This document shows positions 39,430-54,417 of a stretch of DNA of 64,000 nucleotides, in pieces (the first letter of the stretch is position 1; every line of letters starts with the position of its first letter). Source of the stretch: the human T2T-CHM13v2.0 reference genome, Homo sapiens; NCBI RefSeq assembly GCF_009914755.1, contig NC_060926.1. The stretch is one strand, 5' to 3'. Under the pieces are notes generated by a model, which was not told the origin of the DNA, did not search any database, and worked only from the letters and a program-made list of their open reading frames with translations. A program made the position numbers and the translations under genes.

Positions 39430-39600
39430 AATTCATTCAACAAATATTTAGCCATTCAACAAATATTTATTGAATGTGAGCTCGCTGCCAGGCCCTGTAA
39501 TAAATGCTGGAGATGAATTCTTTCCCTCGGGGATCTTATGTTCTAATCTTACCAGAGCTCTTTGATGAAGGCAGGAGGTGTTTATAAATAAGCAATTAAA
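39430..39600 (-). mobile_element. L2 3' end fragment
   Basis: 'attcattcaacaaatattta' (tandemly duplicated) followed by 'tgccaggccctg'. Confidence 0.7.
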
Positions 39601-39799
39601 CAAGGGACAGCTGGTGGCCCTAATGCAGTTAGATTTCAAATGTCTTGCAAAAATTCTGTGCAAAATAAACATTCAAAATGGAGGTAGTCTGGCATCAGAG
39701 CAATGCTTGGTTATAGACCAATAACCAGCTCAGAAAAAAGAATCAAGAAATAGAAATGAACAAGCTCTTTTCACTATAGAAAATTGAGCTCTGTGACCA

Positions 39800-40140
39800 A
39801 AAACTTAATTTGAAACTATTTGAAATGAGGAGTATATAGTGAAATCTCCAAGTTGCTGCGGCTAATAAGCTGCTCCAAGTAGTGAGATGTCAAACTGTTA
39901 CCAGTGAAACCTCACGAATGAGTAGAAAAATGGCCAATGAACTTCAGCATAAGCAAGGATGGACAAGTTAAAACTGTGGTGGCAGGGGAATCAGCTAAGG
40001 CCTTCTTCCAGTGATTAGCTCTTAGCATCTTTCCTTTTGATCATCCAGAAGTGATTCTAGTTTCTTATCCAAACTGTACACCAGTCCAGCCCATCTTCAT
40101 CCCCCAAAATTACTTCTAAAATTTAGGACATAATTAATAA
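39800..40140 (+). mobile_element. Ancient CR1/L3-type LINE reverse-transcriptase fragment
   Basis: Broken translation GVYSEISK../..KLLQVV and KWPMNFSISK resembles CR1 ORF2 SKFADDTKL...KWQMxFN. Confidence 0.55.
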
Positions 40141-40440
40141 AGTTATTGGAAATGAAAACAGAAAACAGAATCAAACATTAAACAATTCTTATACTTGCAG
40201 TGACACAGAAGTGTTTGCCTCTTCATAGCCAAGAAAATATTCATTGAGTATGGAACGCAGAGGCATAGAGGTCTACCATATAAAAACAGAGTGAATAAAA
40301 CAGTATTATTATGTGCAGAAATGGAAAGCACACCACCTGGGTTAGTAAAGGTTATGCACACTTAAAGGATATGGGTGATTCATCACTGATTATTACATGA
40401 AACTCTAGATAGACTTGAAAGGCTCCCTTTGAAGTTTATT

Positions 40441-40460
40441 GTGTGTGTGTGTGTGTGTGT
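40441..40460. repeat. (GT)10 microsatellite
   Basis: Seen directly. Confidence 0.9.
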
Positions 40461-40919
40461 GCGCTGTGTATACACATATACAGCAGATGTTTGATACATA
40501 TTTATTGGTTGATTATTAATTGAAAAAGTACCACAGAGCAAACAAAGGGCAAGCTATTTCATCAAGCGAGGAGTAAATTTAAGGAACTTGTTAATCATGA
40601 AGATTATATGGACTGACCACAGAAATAGACTCCAAAGGTCGGGGAGGACGTGTACTGACGTAATCTACATAAGTTATTGCAGGAAAAAGTTTTCAAGGGT
40701 GGGAGAAATAAGAAGTTTCCACAGGATTGGTATGAGGAAAAGATGATGAAACTGTAATAATATTTGGTAATTGATATTTTGAAAATTTTACACTAAAATA
40801 TTTTGAAACCGAACAAAAGAAACACTAAGTAAAAGAGATCCATGGTTTGAGCTATATACAATCTCTTTTTATTGTTTTTATAAATCATTATTTTAAACTT
40901 TAAAAATACATATGCGCAC

Positions 40920-41340
40920 ACACACTCTCTTTTATTCTTTTGGGGGTTTGGGGGAGTAGCATATTCTGTACATCACCCCATATATTGCTTATTTTTACTT
41001 GAACAACCCTATGTATTTGTATATAAATAATATTTTCATTTTTTTAAAAAGCTGTATAATATTTTATTATACACACACAGCATAACTTATTCAACAGGAC
41101 CCTAGTGATGAACAGTAAGTTCTTCTGAACTTTTCTGTTTTTACAAACAGTGTTTCATTGAATAATTGTGCCTCTGTGGTTATATCTATAGCATAAAAAT
41201 TTCTAAAAGTGAAATTACTGAATCAAAAAGTCTGTACATTTTTAATTTTAATAAATGGTACCAAATTGTCTTCCATAATGTTATATCAATGTATGCCAAT
41301 ATAATGTCATATAAAATTTCTTATGTTTCTAAACAAATAT
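40920..41340 (-). mobile_element. Old L1 3' fragment (antisense)
   Basis: 'atttctaaaagtgaaattactgaatcaaaaagt...tttaattttaataaatggtaccaaattgtcttcca'. Confidence 0.6.
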
Positions 41341-43055
41341 TTTACTGCCCTGTCTAGCGCTAAATCCTGATATATTCCTGTCTAGGCTCACTTCACTATA
41401 TTTAGGCAAACTGACTAAATGCAAGATACTATACACTGTACTTCTGGATATTTGTCCACATCATTAGCATCTTCTGTGTGCTCCTGAAGGAAGGTGTCAT
41501 TTCCCCTGACCTTGCTTGATAAGATTCCCAGAAGAGATCCAGGCATGTGTAGCACTTGAGAAATGCTATTTGATATTGATGATAATGACAAATGACATTT
41601 TAATTTACTAAAAGAGCAATTCAAGCTTCAGAAATCTTGGAGTCTCACTAAAAATAATACACAACAACAGTCTACCCTTGCTATCCTTTTCATGGTCAGC
41701 TAATAAAAATACTTTTAATATAACAGTTCTGTTTGAATAGTATTAACTTGATATTAGTTTTGTATTTTTATAGACTTCAATTTGTGCTGATTCCTTAGGA
41801 AAAACAGATTTACATTTGATAAAATATTTCATCCTCTATTTCCTTTGCTGTTTCTGAAATACAAAGTATATTCATAAAACCCAAAGTGTCTGTTAAAAGT
41901 AAGAATGAATGGAGTCCCCAAAAGTGATTTATCTCTATCGCTTGAGGGGCTAATACATCATATGCAGTTATAACGGCAGCCGCAGATACCAAGATAACAT
42001 TGTGTGAGTTGAGTTCGACATGTAGAGTACTCCATGGGAGCCTTTAAGTGAAATTTTATATCAGGTCCTAACAATTTATATAATCATGAAAACATTTTAT
42101 CTAAGTTCTTGTGCCTCAAATCTGGGCTGCAGAGAAGGCTGATACGCATTTAGAGCTCTCCTGTCTGGAAGCTTGCCTTGTTGTCAAAGGTAATGCAGGT
42201 CATGTACTCACACACATCATAAACACATATAACTGTGTATTGAATAAACTGGTGAAAATGGAGAGGAATCTAAAATTATAGTATTTAGGTATATGGAAAT
42301 AAATGGTAGATATTCACCTTAAGCAACCTCTGGTAGAAGCAAAGTCAGAATAAGTGATTTTAGTTTTGAAGAACATGTGGCTTACTAACCTTCCCTCAGC
42401 CCACAGTACATACAGTAAAATCCATGGTATAGCAGGGTAGTCTGTAGAGATTTTTTTATGTAACTTCTTCAAAGAGTCTCAACTGAACAAAAGAGATAAG
42501 CTAAATTTGAGTTAGAATATCTCTGACGGAAGCAAAGAAGGAGAGGTTGGAAAAGGTATACAAACGAGAGAAGCTATGATGAGGAAAAGCAAAGAGATAG
42601 CAAATGTGGTGCTCAGGGGAAAGAAAAAAAGAATAAATGTTAAGGAAATACTACACGCTGCACAGCAGAAAGTATAGCTTATAAATATTAAAAGTTAAGG
42701 ATTTAAATTTTTAAAGAGGGGCAGTCTAAATGCTGTGCACATAAATGAAATCCTAAATCCTACAGAATTACATGAACAATTAAGTCAAAATTAAGATGGG
42801 ATGATTCAGGAGATTGGAAGGAGAGAATTGAAGCCTTGTAGAACCATCAGTTTAACAAAATTACTCTCATATCTGTTCTTTTTTCTTAATTAAATGAAAT
42901 TGAGGGAGTGACTTGTGAGAAGTATATTATTTAATGTAGTTCTTCTGATAATGAAGCTCAGATGACTTGAAACAAATTAACTGTAAGGAGCAAAAAGGTG
43001 GGTGGTTGATAGTTTTCAACTATCTTGCCATGAGCCAAAAAGTGTGATCAACATG

Positions 43056-43500
43056 GGCCATCAGTCAGGGTGCCAGAATTAGATGGATCACACAGACAAA
43101 GAAAACTGGGGAAAATTGAATAAAGAACTATTTACAAAGGTGTGAGAGGATTAAGGTAAGGAAACAAAGGAGAGTGGACACTCTGGGGCTGGCCACAGCA
43201 AGAAGACAATCCCACACCTGGGCATCAGGGGCAAGGTGAGTGCATACTTTCCTGAATCCAGCAAAAGGAACTATGACTTCCACAGAGGAAAACAATGATC
43301 AAATTTAGCCCTACAGAAGGGAAGAAGAGGGCTCATGACCTGAAGTCACTGTCTTCCTTCCTACCAATTGCCTGACATTTTTTCCTACTGGACAAAAAAA
43401 AAAGCAGAGTCAAGGGGCACGGGAGCCATGGATACAAGCCCATAAATGCCACATCCTCAGGGCAAAGAGCGGGGTATAGGAAATCTAGAAGAACTGAATG
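43056..43500 (-). mobile_element. Old ERVL-type LTR fragment (subfamily uncertain)
   Basis: 'tcagtcagggtgccag...aataaagaactatttacaaaggtgtg' resembles antisense LTR33/LTR40-type elements. Confidence 0.45.
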
Positions 43501-44150
43501 GGTACATGGAAAACAACTAGCAAAATGAGCAAACTTTAACAAAAATATATTGTTGATCAAAGTTATTTGTCCTGGAATTGGTTGCATCATTTATGAAGTC
43601 AAACTCTTTAAGAGCAAAGTAGACCTCTGATAATTCTGCATTAACTCTTTCTTGCTCAAGACTCCATATGAAGAACTATAGCTTCTTTGATCCCATTGGT
43701 TACGGTCAGTCAGTAAGGAAGACAGCACCACCAGTCCTACCTGTGTATCTGTCATGGAGCACTTAGCTTTATTCTTCTTCATGACATCAGATTAAACCTT
43801 CAGAAGCTATGTAAATTTTAGCAATATTTCCATTTAAGAAGTTGAAAAGAAAGAATCTAGATAAACAGATATACATCTGTTGCTATTGTACTTCCAGGAA
43901 AATGTCAACTTGAAGTTTAAGTCTTATTAATGTGACTTAGTAGAATCAACTTACTTATTGAAAATAATTTGTAAATCACAACCTATGAAACTGAAAAATG
44001 TTGACAATTTTCCAAAATTGCATGATTAATTACTAAGATTGGCATGTGTATTTATGAAATGTGATTGAAAATTCAGAAAGGAGACTAGGTCAAGCAGAAG
44101 AAAGATCTTCTGAACCTGAAGACAGGTCTTTTGAAACAATCCAGTCAGAT

Positions 44151-44372
44151 AAAGAGAAAAAGAAGAGAAAGAACAAGAGGAGGAGGAAGAAGAAGAAGAA
44201 GAGGGAGGAGGATGAGGAGGAGGGAGGAGGAAGAGGGAGGAGGAGGAGGGAGGAGGACGAGGAGGGAGGAGGAGGAGAAGGAGGAGGAGGAAGAAGAAGA
44301 AGGAAAAAGAAGAAGAAGGAGAAGGAGGAGGAGGAGGAAGAGGAGAAAGAGGAAGAGGAGGAGGAGGAGGGG
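44151..44372. repeat. (GGA/GAA)n polypurine low-complexity tract
   Basis: 222 bp with only 3 pyrimidines on the plus strand. Confidence 0.95.
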
Positions 44373-44485
44373 TAGGATAAGATAGAAAATATAATGAAGA
44401 AAGCCTATGGAACGTGTGGTAAACCATTAAATAAACAAATTTTCACATGGGAATTTAGATGAGAAAAGACACAGAAAACCTATTT

Positions 44486-44790
<305 letters not shown>

Positions 44791-47700
44791 AAAAAAATTA
44801 TTATTTAATGAAATAATAGCTAACAGCTTCCCAAGTCTTGGGAGAGATGTGGACATCCAGATACAGGAAGCCCAAAGATTCCCCAGAGAGATTCAATCCA
44901 AAATGTCTTCTCAGAGGTGCATAATAGTCAGAAGTCAAAGAACAAGGGTGAATTTTTAAAAGAAGAAGAAAAAAATGTCAAGTCACACATATGAAAATCT
45001 CAATTGTTATAACAACAGCTTACTCAGCAGAAACTGTATAGGCCAGAGAAAATGAGTGTTGAGAGAAAAAGAAACTGTCAGCCAAGAATACTATACTCAA
45101 TAAACTATCCTTCAGAAATAAAGGGGAAGTCTTCCCAAGTGAGCAAAAACTGAGGGAATTCAAAACCACTAGACCATCCCTACAAGAAATGCTTAAGAGA
45201 ATACTACATCTGGAAGTGAAAGGACAATATTTATCACCATGAAAACACATGAAAGTATAAAACTCACTAGTAAAGCAGATACATAAATGAAAAAGAAAGA
45301 AATCAAATGTTATCACTACAGAAAACCACCAAACCATAAAGTTAGACAACAAGAGAGGAAGAAAGGAAAAAAAGTATACAAGACTACCAGAAAACAACAA
45401 AATGAGAGGAGTGAGACCTTACCTGCCAATACTAATTTTGAATATAAATGGTTTAAATTCCCCAGTTAAAAGACATAGACTGGCTAACAGGATAAAAATA
45501 ACATCCAACTATATGTTATATGCTGCCTACAAGAAACTCACTTCATCTGTAAAGAGAAACATAGACTGAAAGGGAAAGGATGCAAAAAGATACTCCATTT
45601 GAGCAGAAACCAAAAGCAAACAGGAGTAGCTACAATTATATAAGATAAAGTAGGCTTTCATTTAAAAGAAGATTAAAAATAAATAAAGTCAATATATAAT
45701 GATAATCAATTCAGCAGAAAGTTACAAAAATTTTAAATATATGGGCACCCACTACAGGCGCATCCAGTTATATAAAGCAAGTATTATTAATATTAGAGCT
45801 AAAGAGAGAGAGAGGGAGCCCAACATAATAACAGTTGGAGACTTCAACACCCTACTCTCAGCATTGAACAGGTCGTCTAAGCAAAAAACCAACAAAGAAA
45901 CATCAGATTTAAACTGTACTATAGACTGAAAGGAGCTAACAGACATTTACAGAACATTTCAAAAACTCCAGAATATATATTCTTCTTATCAGCAGATGGA
46001 ATCTTTTTCAGAGTAGAACACATGTTAGGCCACAAAACAAGTCTCAACCAATTTTTAAACATTGAAATTATATCAGACAATAATAGGATAAAACTAGGAA
46101 TCAATGACCAAAAGAAACTTTGGAAATTGCACAAATAAATAAAAATTAAACAACTTGCTCCTGAATGACCAATGGGTCAATAAAGAAATTAAGAAGAAAA
46201 TCAACAAATTTCTTGAAGCAAATGAAAATAAAATACAACCTACAAAAACCCATGGGATATAGCAAAAGCAGTACTAAGAAATAAGTTTATAGAAATAAAC
46301 ACTACATCAAAAAAGTAGAAAGCTTTCAAACAAACAATTTAATGATGTACCTCAATGATCTAGAAAAGCAAGAACAAACAAAACCTCAAATTAGTGGAAG
46401 GAAAGAAATAACAAATATAAGAGCAAAAATCAATGAAATTGAGGCTGAAAAAAATGATGTTTTAAAAAGATAAAGAAAATTGACAAACCATTAGCTTAGA
46501 TAACTAAGACAAAATGAGAGAAGTGTCAAATGAATAAAACCAGAAACAAACCAAAAAAGAAATTACAACAGATAGCACAGAAATACAAAGACTCACTAGA
46601 TACTATTATCAACAGCTGTGTCCAACAAATTAGAAAACCTAGAATAAATGTATAAATTTCTAGACACATGTAAACTATCAAGATTGAACTAAGAAGAAAC
46701 AGAAAACCTGAACTGACCAGTAATGAGTAACAAGATTAAATCAGTAATAAAATCTCCAAGAAAAAAAAAAAAGCACAATACCAGATGGCTTCACTGATGA
46801 ATTATATCAAACTTTTAAAGAAAAACTAACATTAATCATTCTCGAAGTATTCAGAAAAAAACTGAAGAAGAGGGAATTTTCCCCTCTAACACATTCTATG
46901 AAGCCAGTTTTATTTACCCTGATACCAAAACCAGATATGGATACAAAAACAAAAACACTACAGGCCAATATCTCTGATGACCATGTATGCAACAATCCTC
47001 AACAAACTACAAGCAAACCAAATCCAACAGCACATCAAAAAGATTATACACCATGATCAAATAGGATTTATCCTAGGGATGCAAGGATGGTTCAACATAT
47101 GCAAATCAATAAATGATACATAACATCAACCAAATAAAGGACAAAAACCATATGATCTCAATAGAAGCATAAAAAACTTTTGATAAAATTCAACCCCTTC
47201 ATAATTGAAAACCCTCAATAAATTATGTAGAGAAGGAATATACCTACCTTAGCATAATAGAAGCAAACCTATAGCTAATATCATGCTGGAAAAAAAAAAT
47301 GAAAGTGTTTTCTCTAAGAACCAGCCCATGGCAAGAATGCCCAATTCAACACTTTTGTTCAGCATAGTACTGGGTATCTTAGCCAGGAGCAATTAGGCAA
47401 GAGAAGGAAATTAAGGGCATCCAATTTAAAAGGAGAAAGTTAAATTGTCCCTTTTTTCAGATTACATAATATTGTATGTAAAAAAAAAAATCTTAAAGAT
47501 TCTACCAAAAACCTCTTAGACCTCATAAACAAATTTATTAAAATTTTAAGATACAAAATCAACACACAAATCAGAAAAATTTATACAAAAATAATAAACT
47601 AGCTGAAAAAGAAATCAGGAAAGCAATCTCATTTATGATAGCTATAAAATAAAATAAAATACCTAGGAATAAATTAAACCAAAGTGGTGAAAGGTGTCTG

Positions 47701-48723
47701 TGATGAAAATTACAAAATACTGATGAAAGAAATGGATGAGTACACTTAAAAATAAAAAGACAAACCATTTTTATGGATTGGAAGAATTCAAATTGTTTAA
47801 ATATTAATACTACCCAAAGTGATCTATAGATTCAACACAATTCCCATCAAAATATTAATGACATTCTTCACAGAAATAGAGAAAATTTATACAAAACCTT
47901 AAAAGACTCCAAATAGCCTAAGAAATCCTGAGCAAAAAGAACAAAGTGGGAGACAACACACTATCTGATTTTAAACCATACTACAAAGCTATTGTAACTA
48001 AAACAACATGGTACTGATATACAAGCAGACACATAGGCCAATGAAATAGAATAAAGAACCCAGAAATGAATATATTTATTTACAGTCAACTGATTTTTGA
48101 CAAGGCACCAAGAACATACATTAAGGAAAGAACAACCTCTTCAGTAAATGATGCTGAGTAACCTGGATATCTATATACAGAGGAATAAAACTAGTGTCTT
48201 ATCTCTCACCATATAAAAAACTCAACTCAAATAAATTAAACACTTAAATATGAGAACCTAAACTATAAAACTAATTTAAAAAATAGGAGAAATGCCTGAG
48301 TACATTGGTCTAGACAAAAATTTTATGGATAAGACTCCAAAAACACAGGTGAGAAAAGCAAAAATAGGCAAATGGAATAATATCAAACCAAAAACCTCCT
48401 GCACAGCAAAAAGAAGCAATCAAAAGAGTGTAGAGACAACTGACAGAATGGGAGAAAATATTTGCAAACTATTCATCTGACAAGGGATTAATATCCAGAA
48501 TACACAAGGAACTCAAACAACTCAATAGTAAAAATGATTAATAATAATAATAATGGTCCAGTTAAAAAATTGACAAAGGGTTTGAATAGACATTACTGTT
48601 AAGAATTCATGCAAATGGTCAATGGGCATATGAAAAAATGCTCAACATCACTAATTGTCAATGAAATGCAAATCAAAACCACAGTGAGTTATCATCTCAC
48701 CCCACTTAGATTATCTCTTACTA

Positions 48724-49162
<439 letters not shown>

Positions 49163-50889
49163 TCAAACAAACTAAAAGTAGAACTACCATATTATCCAGT
49201 AAACCCATTGCTAGGTATTTATTCAAAGGAAAGGAAATCAGTATATTGAAGAGATATCTACATCTCCATGTTTATTGCAGCAATATTCACAATAGCCAAG
49301 ATATGGAATTGATTTATGTGTCCAACAATAGATGAATGGATAAAGAAAATGTGAGCTCTACACACAAAAAATGGAATACTCTTCAGCCATAATAACGAAA
49401 TCTCATCATTCACAGCAACATGGATGAGCCTTTAAGACATTATGTTAGGTGAAATGTCAGGCACAGAAAGATAAATACATGTTCTCACTCACATGTTGGA
49501 GCTAAAAAATTTGAGCTCATAGAAATAGAGAGTAGAATTGTGGTTACTGGAGGCTGGGAAGGACAGGGGAAGGATAGGAAGAGGTGGGTTAGCTAATACA
49601 AAATTATAGCCAGATAGGAGAAATAAGTTCTAGTGTTCTGTAGCACAATACAGTGACTATAGTTAACATTAATTTACTATATATTTTCAAATAGCCAGAA
49701 GAGAGGATTTTGAATGTGTCCAAAATGAAGGAATGATAAATGTTTGAGGTGACAGATATGCTAATTATAATGTGACCACTGCATATTGCATATATGTGTA
49801 TCAAAATATCACTCTCTACCCCATAAATATGTACACTTATTATGTACCCACCAAAAATAAAATTTAAAAAAAATGAAAAAGGGAAAAAATAAATTTTAAC
49901 CAATAAATCTATCAAACATAAATTTTATTTTTATTTGGATGCATCATTCCAGACATTTTTATGTAAAAATGAGGGTGTACATACAGCTTAGGAAAATCAG
50001 ATATGCATTTCAAAAATAAGATTAATATTTTACTTACTCTAAAATTATTTTATATGTATTCTAAAGCCCTCATTTATTAAAGACATGTAATACAAATGTA
50101 GAGTTACATTTATATAAACATTTATTTTAAAAATATTGCATATTATATATATAAAATCAGTTTAATGTTTATAATTCATTTTATATAGTGGCTGTTTTTC
50201 AAAACAATAAATATATTTTCATAACATGACTGTCAATACTTTTTGAATACAACTTGCTTACATTCAATTCTGTAACTTTTCCTTCTTTCTGAAATTTAAG
50301 ATTTGAATTTTCTTCCTTCTGATTATTATAATGGAATCATTAACATTTTATTATTATAAATTATTTAATTTAAAATTTTTATAAGTAATGATAGCACCTA
50401 TCTCATTATCTTTTTAGGATTGATTTACAGGAAAATTTGGTATCATACAACATACACATAAAGCATAAAAGTGAACATTTTTTATCTTAAGATTTCTCCA
50501 TGGTTCAAACATTATTTTAATCACCATTTTAATGGCCATATATCTGTAAAATTTATCTGTCATCATTTTTTGGAAAGTTTAATTATTGAATATATGGGCC
50601 CTTTCATATTTTTAAATCTTTATAATTTTTAGTAAGCATAGTATCACTTTGAAAACAAAAAAAGAATAACAAATAGCCAAAGAGGCTGATATTCAATAAT
50701 TAAGGGATGAGGAGAGGTGTAGATTATAAGTGCAAAAGAAAGTGAGAGAAGGGACCAACTCAATGGGATCTGTGATGCTGGGCCGGGCTCCATGATGAAG
50801 GCACAACTTGGGTTAAGTATGAAAAATTACACAGAACTTGACAACAATAAAAACTAGTGACAACAGCAATTCAAATGAATAGATACTGA

Positions 50890-51010
50890 ATATATATATG
50901 TGTGTGTGTGTGTGTATGTGTGTGTGTGTCAGAATAGAATATAGAAATAGAGAGAATAGAATGGATAATAGAAATAGAATATGGAATGTAAATAGAATGC
51001 AGAATAGAAA
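50890..51010. repeat. Compound microsatellite (TA)n(TG)n(AGAAT)n
   Basis: Seen directly. Confidence 0.88.
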
Positions 51011-54000
51011 GTATATTGGTTCTAGATATCATCACAACCTTATAGTAAGTTAATCAGTTAGAAAATTTCTTCAAGTCCCTGAACAGCTCCACGAGGGTTA
51101 TTTTATCATCTCCTCACTTTATCTATTCCAGAACCTAGCATAGTGCTTGACATGCAGTAGGTTTTCAATGAAGATCTGCTAAATTAATTCCTCCCTGTTT
51201 CTTTGCTGTGACACTTATGTAAATCATGTATTGTTTCATCATGAAATTAATTACTTAGTGGCGGTGTATTAACCAGTGTAAGAGCTGAAAATATAAACAA
51301 TATTTTTTAAAAATTTGTATAGGAATGACTTGATTAGGCTAGAATTTTTTAAATAGAGATTTATATTGCATTCTAAGTTCTGATTTGATTAAATGACGCT
51401 TTTGTTTTTTAGCTGTGGCAGATTTTCTCTCCAGATCTCCAGTCTCCTGAATCCTAGTTTTCAAGGCCCATCAGTCCACAGGTATTTCTATGCCACAATT
51501 ACAGGATCTGCAGGATGAGCAAAGGGAAAGAGGGGCTGGGGAAGGGATGGGGAGCTGAACACATAAAAAGATGGGTAGGGTCACTGCCTTTGGCCTTCAT
51601 GGTCCCCATACGGGACAAGGCTAAGTCATACTGTACACATGCAGAAGGATTCCAGACACTCAATCTACTATTGCCAAGCAGGAGGAAGCGAGCTATCTGT
51701 CCTAAAGGAATTTAGATAACAAAGAAGTAAATAGCAGTCAGAGAAACTGGGGAAGGTTTTGTGGAGAAAGTGTGACCTAATTTTAGTAGGGGGATTATGA
51801 AGGATTTGGATAATTAGAAAGCATGTTGAAGACTTCTCGTCTTGAAGGCAAAACACACTCAAAGGCAGAGGGTCTGGAGTGAGAATAGCTTGTGAAGAAC
51901 AATGAGGCTGCTTCCTACATGGAGTGGAGGCTGCGACAGGGAGCAGGGCAATTCCACAGTGACTATAGAGCCAAATAATTTTCTTAATGAACTCATGCCA
52001 CTTAATTTGTCCAGCCAAATGATGGTAGAATTCTACTGGGAAAACCGTCTTTGTCTTCATTTCCCTACATGTCCATTGAATAAATAAAAGAATAAATAAA
52101 TGATTGCTGTCCTCCTAGGTTAGTTTCCAAAGGAGACTAACGTGTGTGTGCGTGTCCGCATGTGCATGTGTGTGTGTATTCTAAGTATGCTACTATTGTT
52201 CAAAACATTCTGAACCTTTTTCTCAGTGACCATATTCTTTCCAGTATTCTCAACAATGGTGTCGTGTCGTTTAGTTTTTAAGGATGGACTTGATATTGGT
52301 AAAAAGGTTTCACATTACATAGTCAAATGTAAGAAAGGGCAAATAAGCTTGATAATGTATGTTTGAATCATCTCGAAGCAACAGTAACCAAATGAGGTGA
52401 ATCTTCTTGTGTGGTTTGGAAGTGGCTTAGAAATGTGTGGCAATAAAGTACTCCTCAGGGAAAGACCAAGAAAGATAAGGAGGAATTTCTCAGGCTCAGT
52501 TACCAAATCCTTACCACATTAATAGCCTCTCCCTACTGACAGTCTCTTAAACGTAGAGACCCCCTTATTTAGACAACTTTGTATTTGAATTCACTTCATC
52601 AGAAGAACAAATACAAAATTTGAACAAGAAAGTTAATTTCCTGGGTCCTAATTAGAAAATACGATGTGGGGAAACTTATTTAAGTTCCTGTATTTTGAAC
52701 TGCACACATATCTGCAAGTTAAATAATTCTGTTATTCACCTACATATTAGATTCTTTCAGCTAAAAGAAATTCCTAATATAAAGTTTTCCATCTTCAACT
52801 TCGAGTTTGCACTATTTTAAGGTTTGTAGTAATTCATTCTTGTGTGGTTAAATGTCATTCTCATTGGAAGGTGTCTATGTTTTTAATTTCACTTCTTTCC
52901 TGGACTTGGGACTAGGGTATAAAAACAATGGAAACTTTGTTGAAGCTTTTTAAAAAACATATTCCAACTATTTAAGAAATAGAATATTTATGTTAACATA
53001 TGTTTAATACAGGTAGTGGTTACATATAATGTTATTTTATGTGTTTATGTATACTTGGAATATTTGACAATTATAAATAAAATTATTGGATATAGTGCAT
53101 TAAAAATACACTTGAAATCCTTAAGAAAAGGAGCACAGACCACAAATTTTGCAAAAAAAGAAATTAATGACTCTTTGCACTATCATTAATACTTTATAAA
53201 ATCAATTATAAAAAGACTTGTCAATAGAAAGAGATAACTATACAAGCTATCTGCTATGTCACAAAATTCTACCTGGTCACAAAATTCTCAACAATTTATT
53301 TGTCGTTGAAAATTAAATCAGCTGCTCCCCTGAGTTATAAGCAAAAGGGTCCTAACTCAAGTTGCTGGAGTCCTCCGCTCCCCCTTAAGGGATCCATCTA
53401 TGCAAATTCATGCTGCTTAAAAAATAATATCCAAATTCACTAAAGAATACAAGCAAGTTCTCTTAGATATTAAGAAGCTGTATTCAGATGGCTGTTGAAC
53501 CTGTTTGGATCCTTTCACTAGGAAACCGATTTCCTTATTTACCTATGCCAATATTTTTTCTAGTCATTTGTCATTTACATAACACTAAGCAACCAGTCCT
53601 GGGAATGTCCTAAACAACAAAAAAGCCTCTATAACAATTTTTGACACAGGGGATTTCATGGAGAAGTCCGTGTATTCATCAGCGGCAGATTCATTGCACT
53701 TTCTGTTTAGCTAGCCATTTCCTAGTGGAACAGTGATGTTTTATTTGGAGAGCAATAGCTACTGGAACAGGAGAGCAGTTGTATTCATGAAGCCAACTAT
53801 TGGAAAGAATTTCCTTGCTTATTTTTTTCGTGTGTGTGTGTGTTTGTGCTGGTACGTGTGTGTGTTTTTCTTCAAGATCTTGGGTGCAAAATCTACCTTA
53901 TTTGTTTGCGAGAAATTTGAAAATGTGTCTGGACATGGTTTACATTTGTGATTCTTCTACAGTCACTTTCGTTAATTTAATTACCAGATATATTTTAAAC

Positions 54001-54055
54001 AATTTGATTGGCAGTTTTTACGGCATCAAATTTGTGTTATTATTGCTATTTGTAA

Positions 54056-54417
<362 letters not shown>

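Noticed and set aside
44026-44427. Poly-E/K/R and poly-P/S ORFs
   Set aside because: Artefacts of the GGA/GAA repeat, which lacks stop codons, inside dead L1 ORF1.
53258-53288. 13-bp direct repeat gtcacaaaattct x2
   Set aside because: Ordinary micro-duplication with no further structure.
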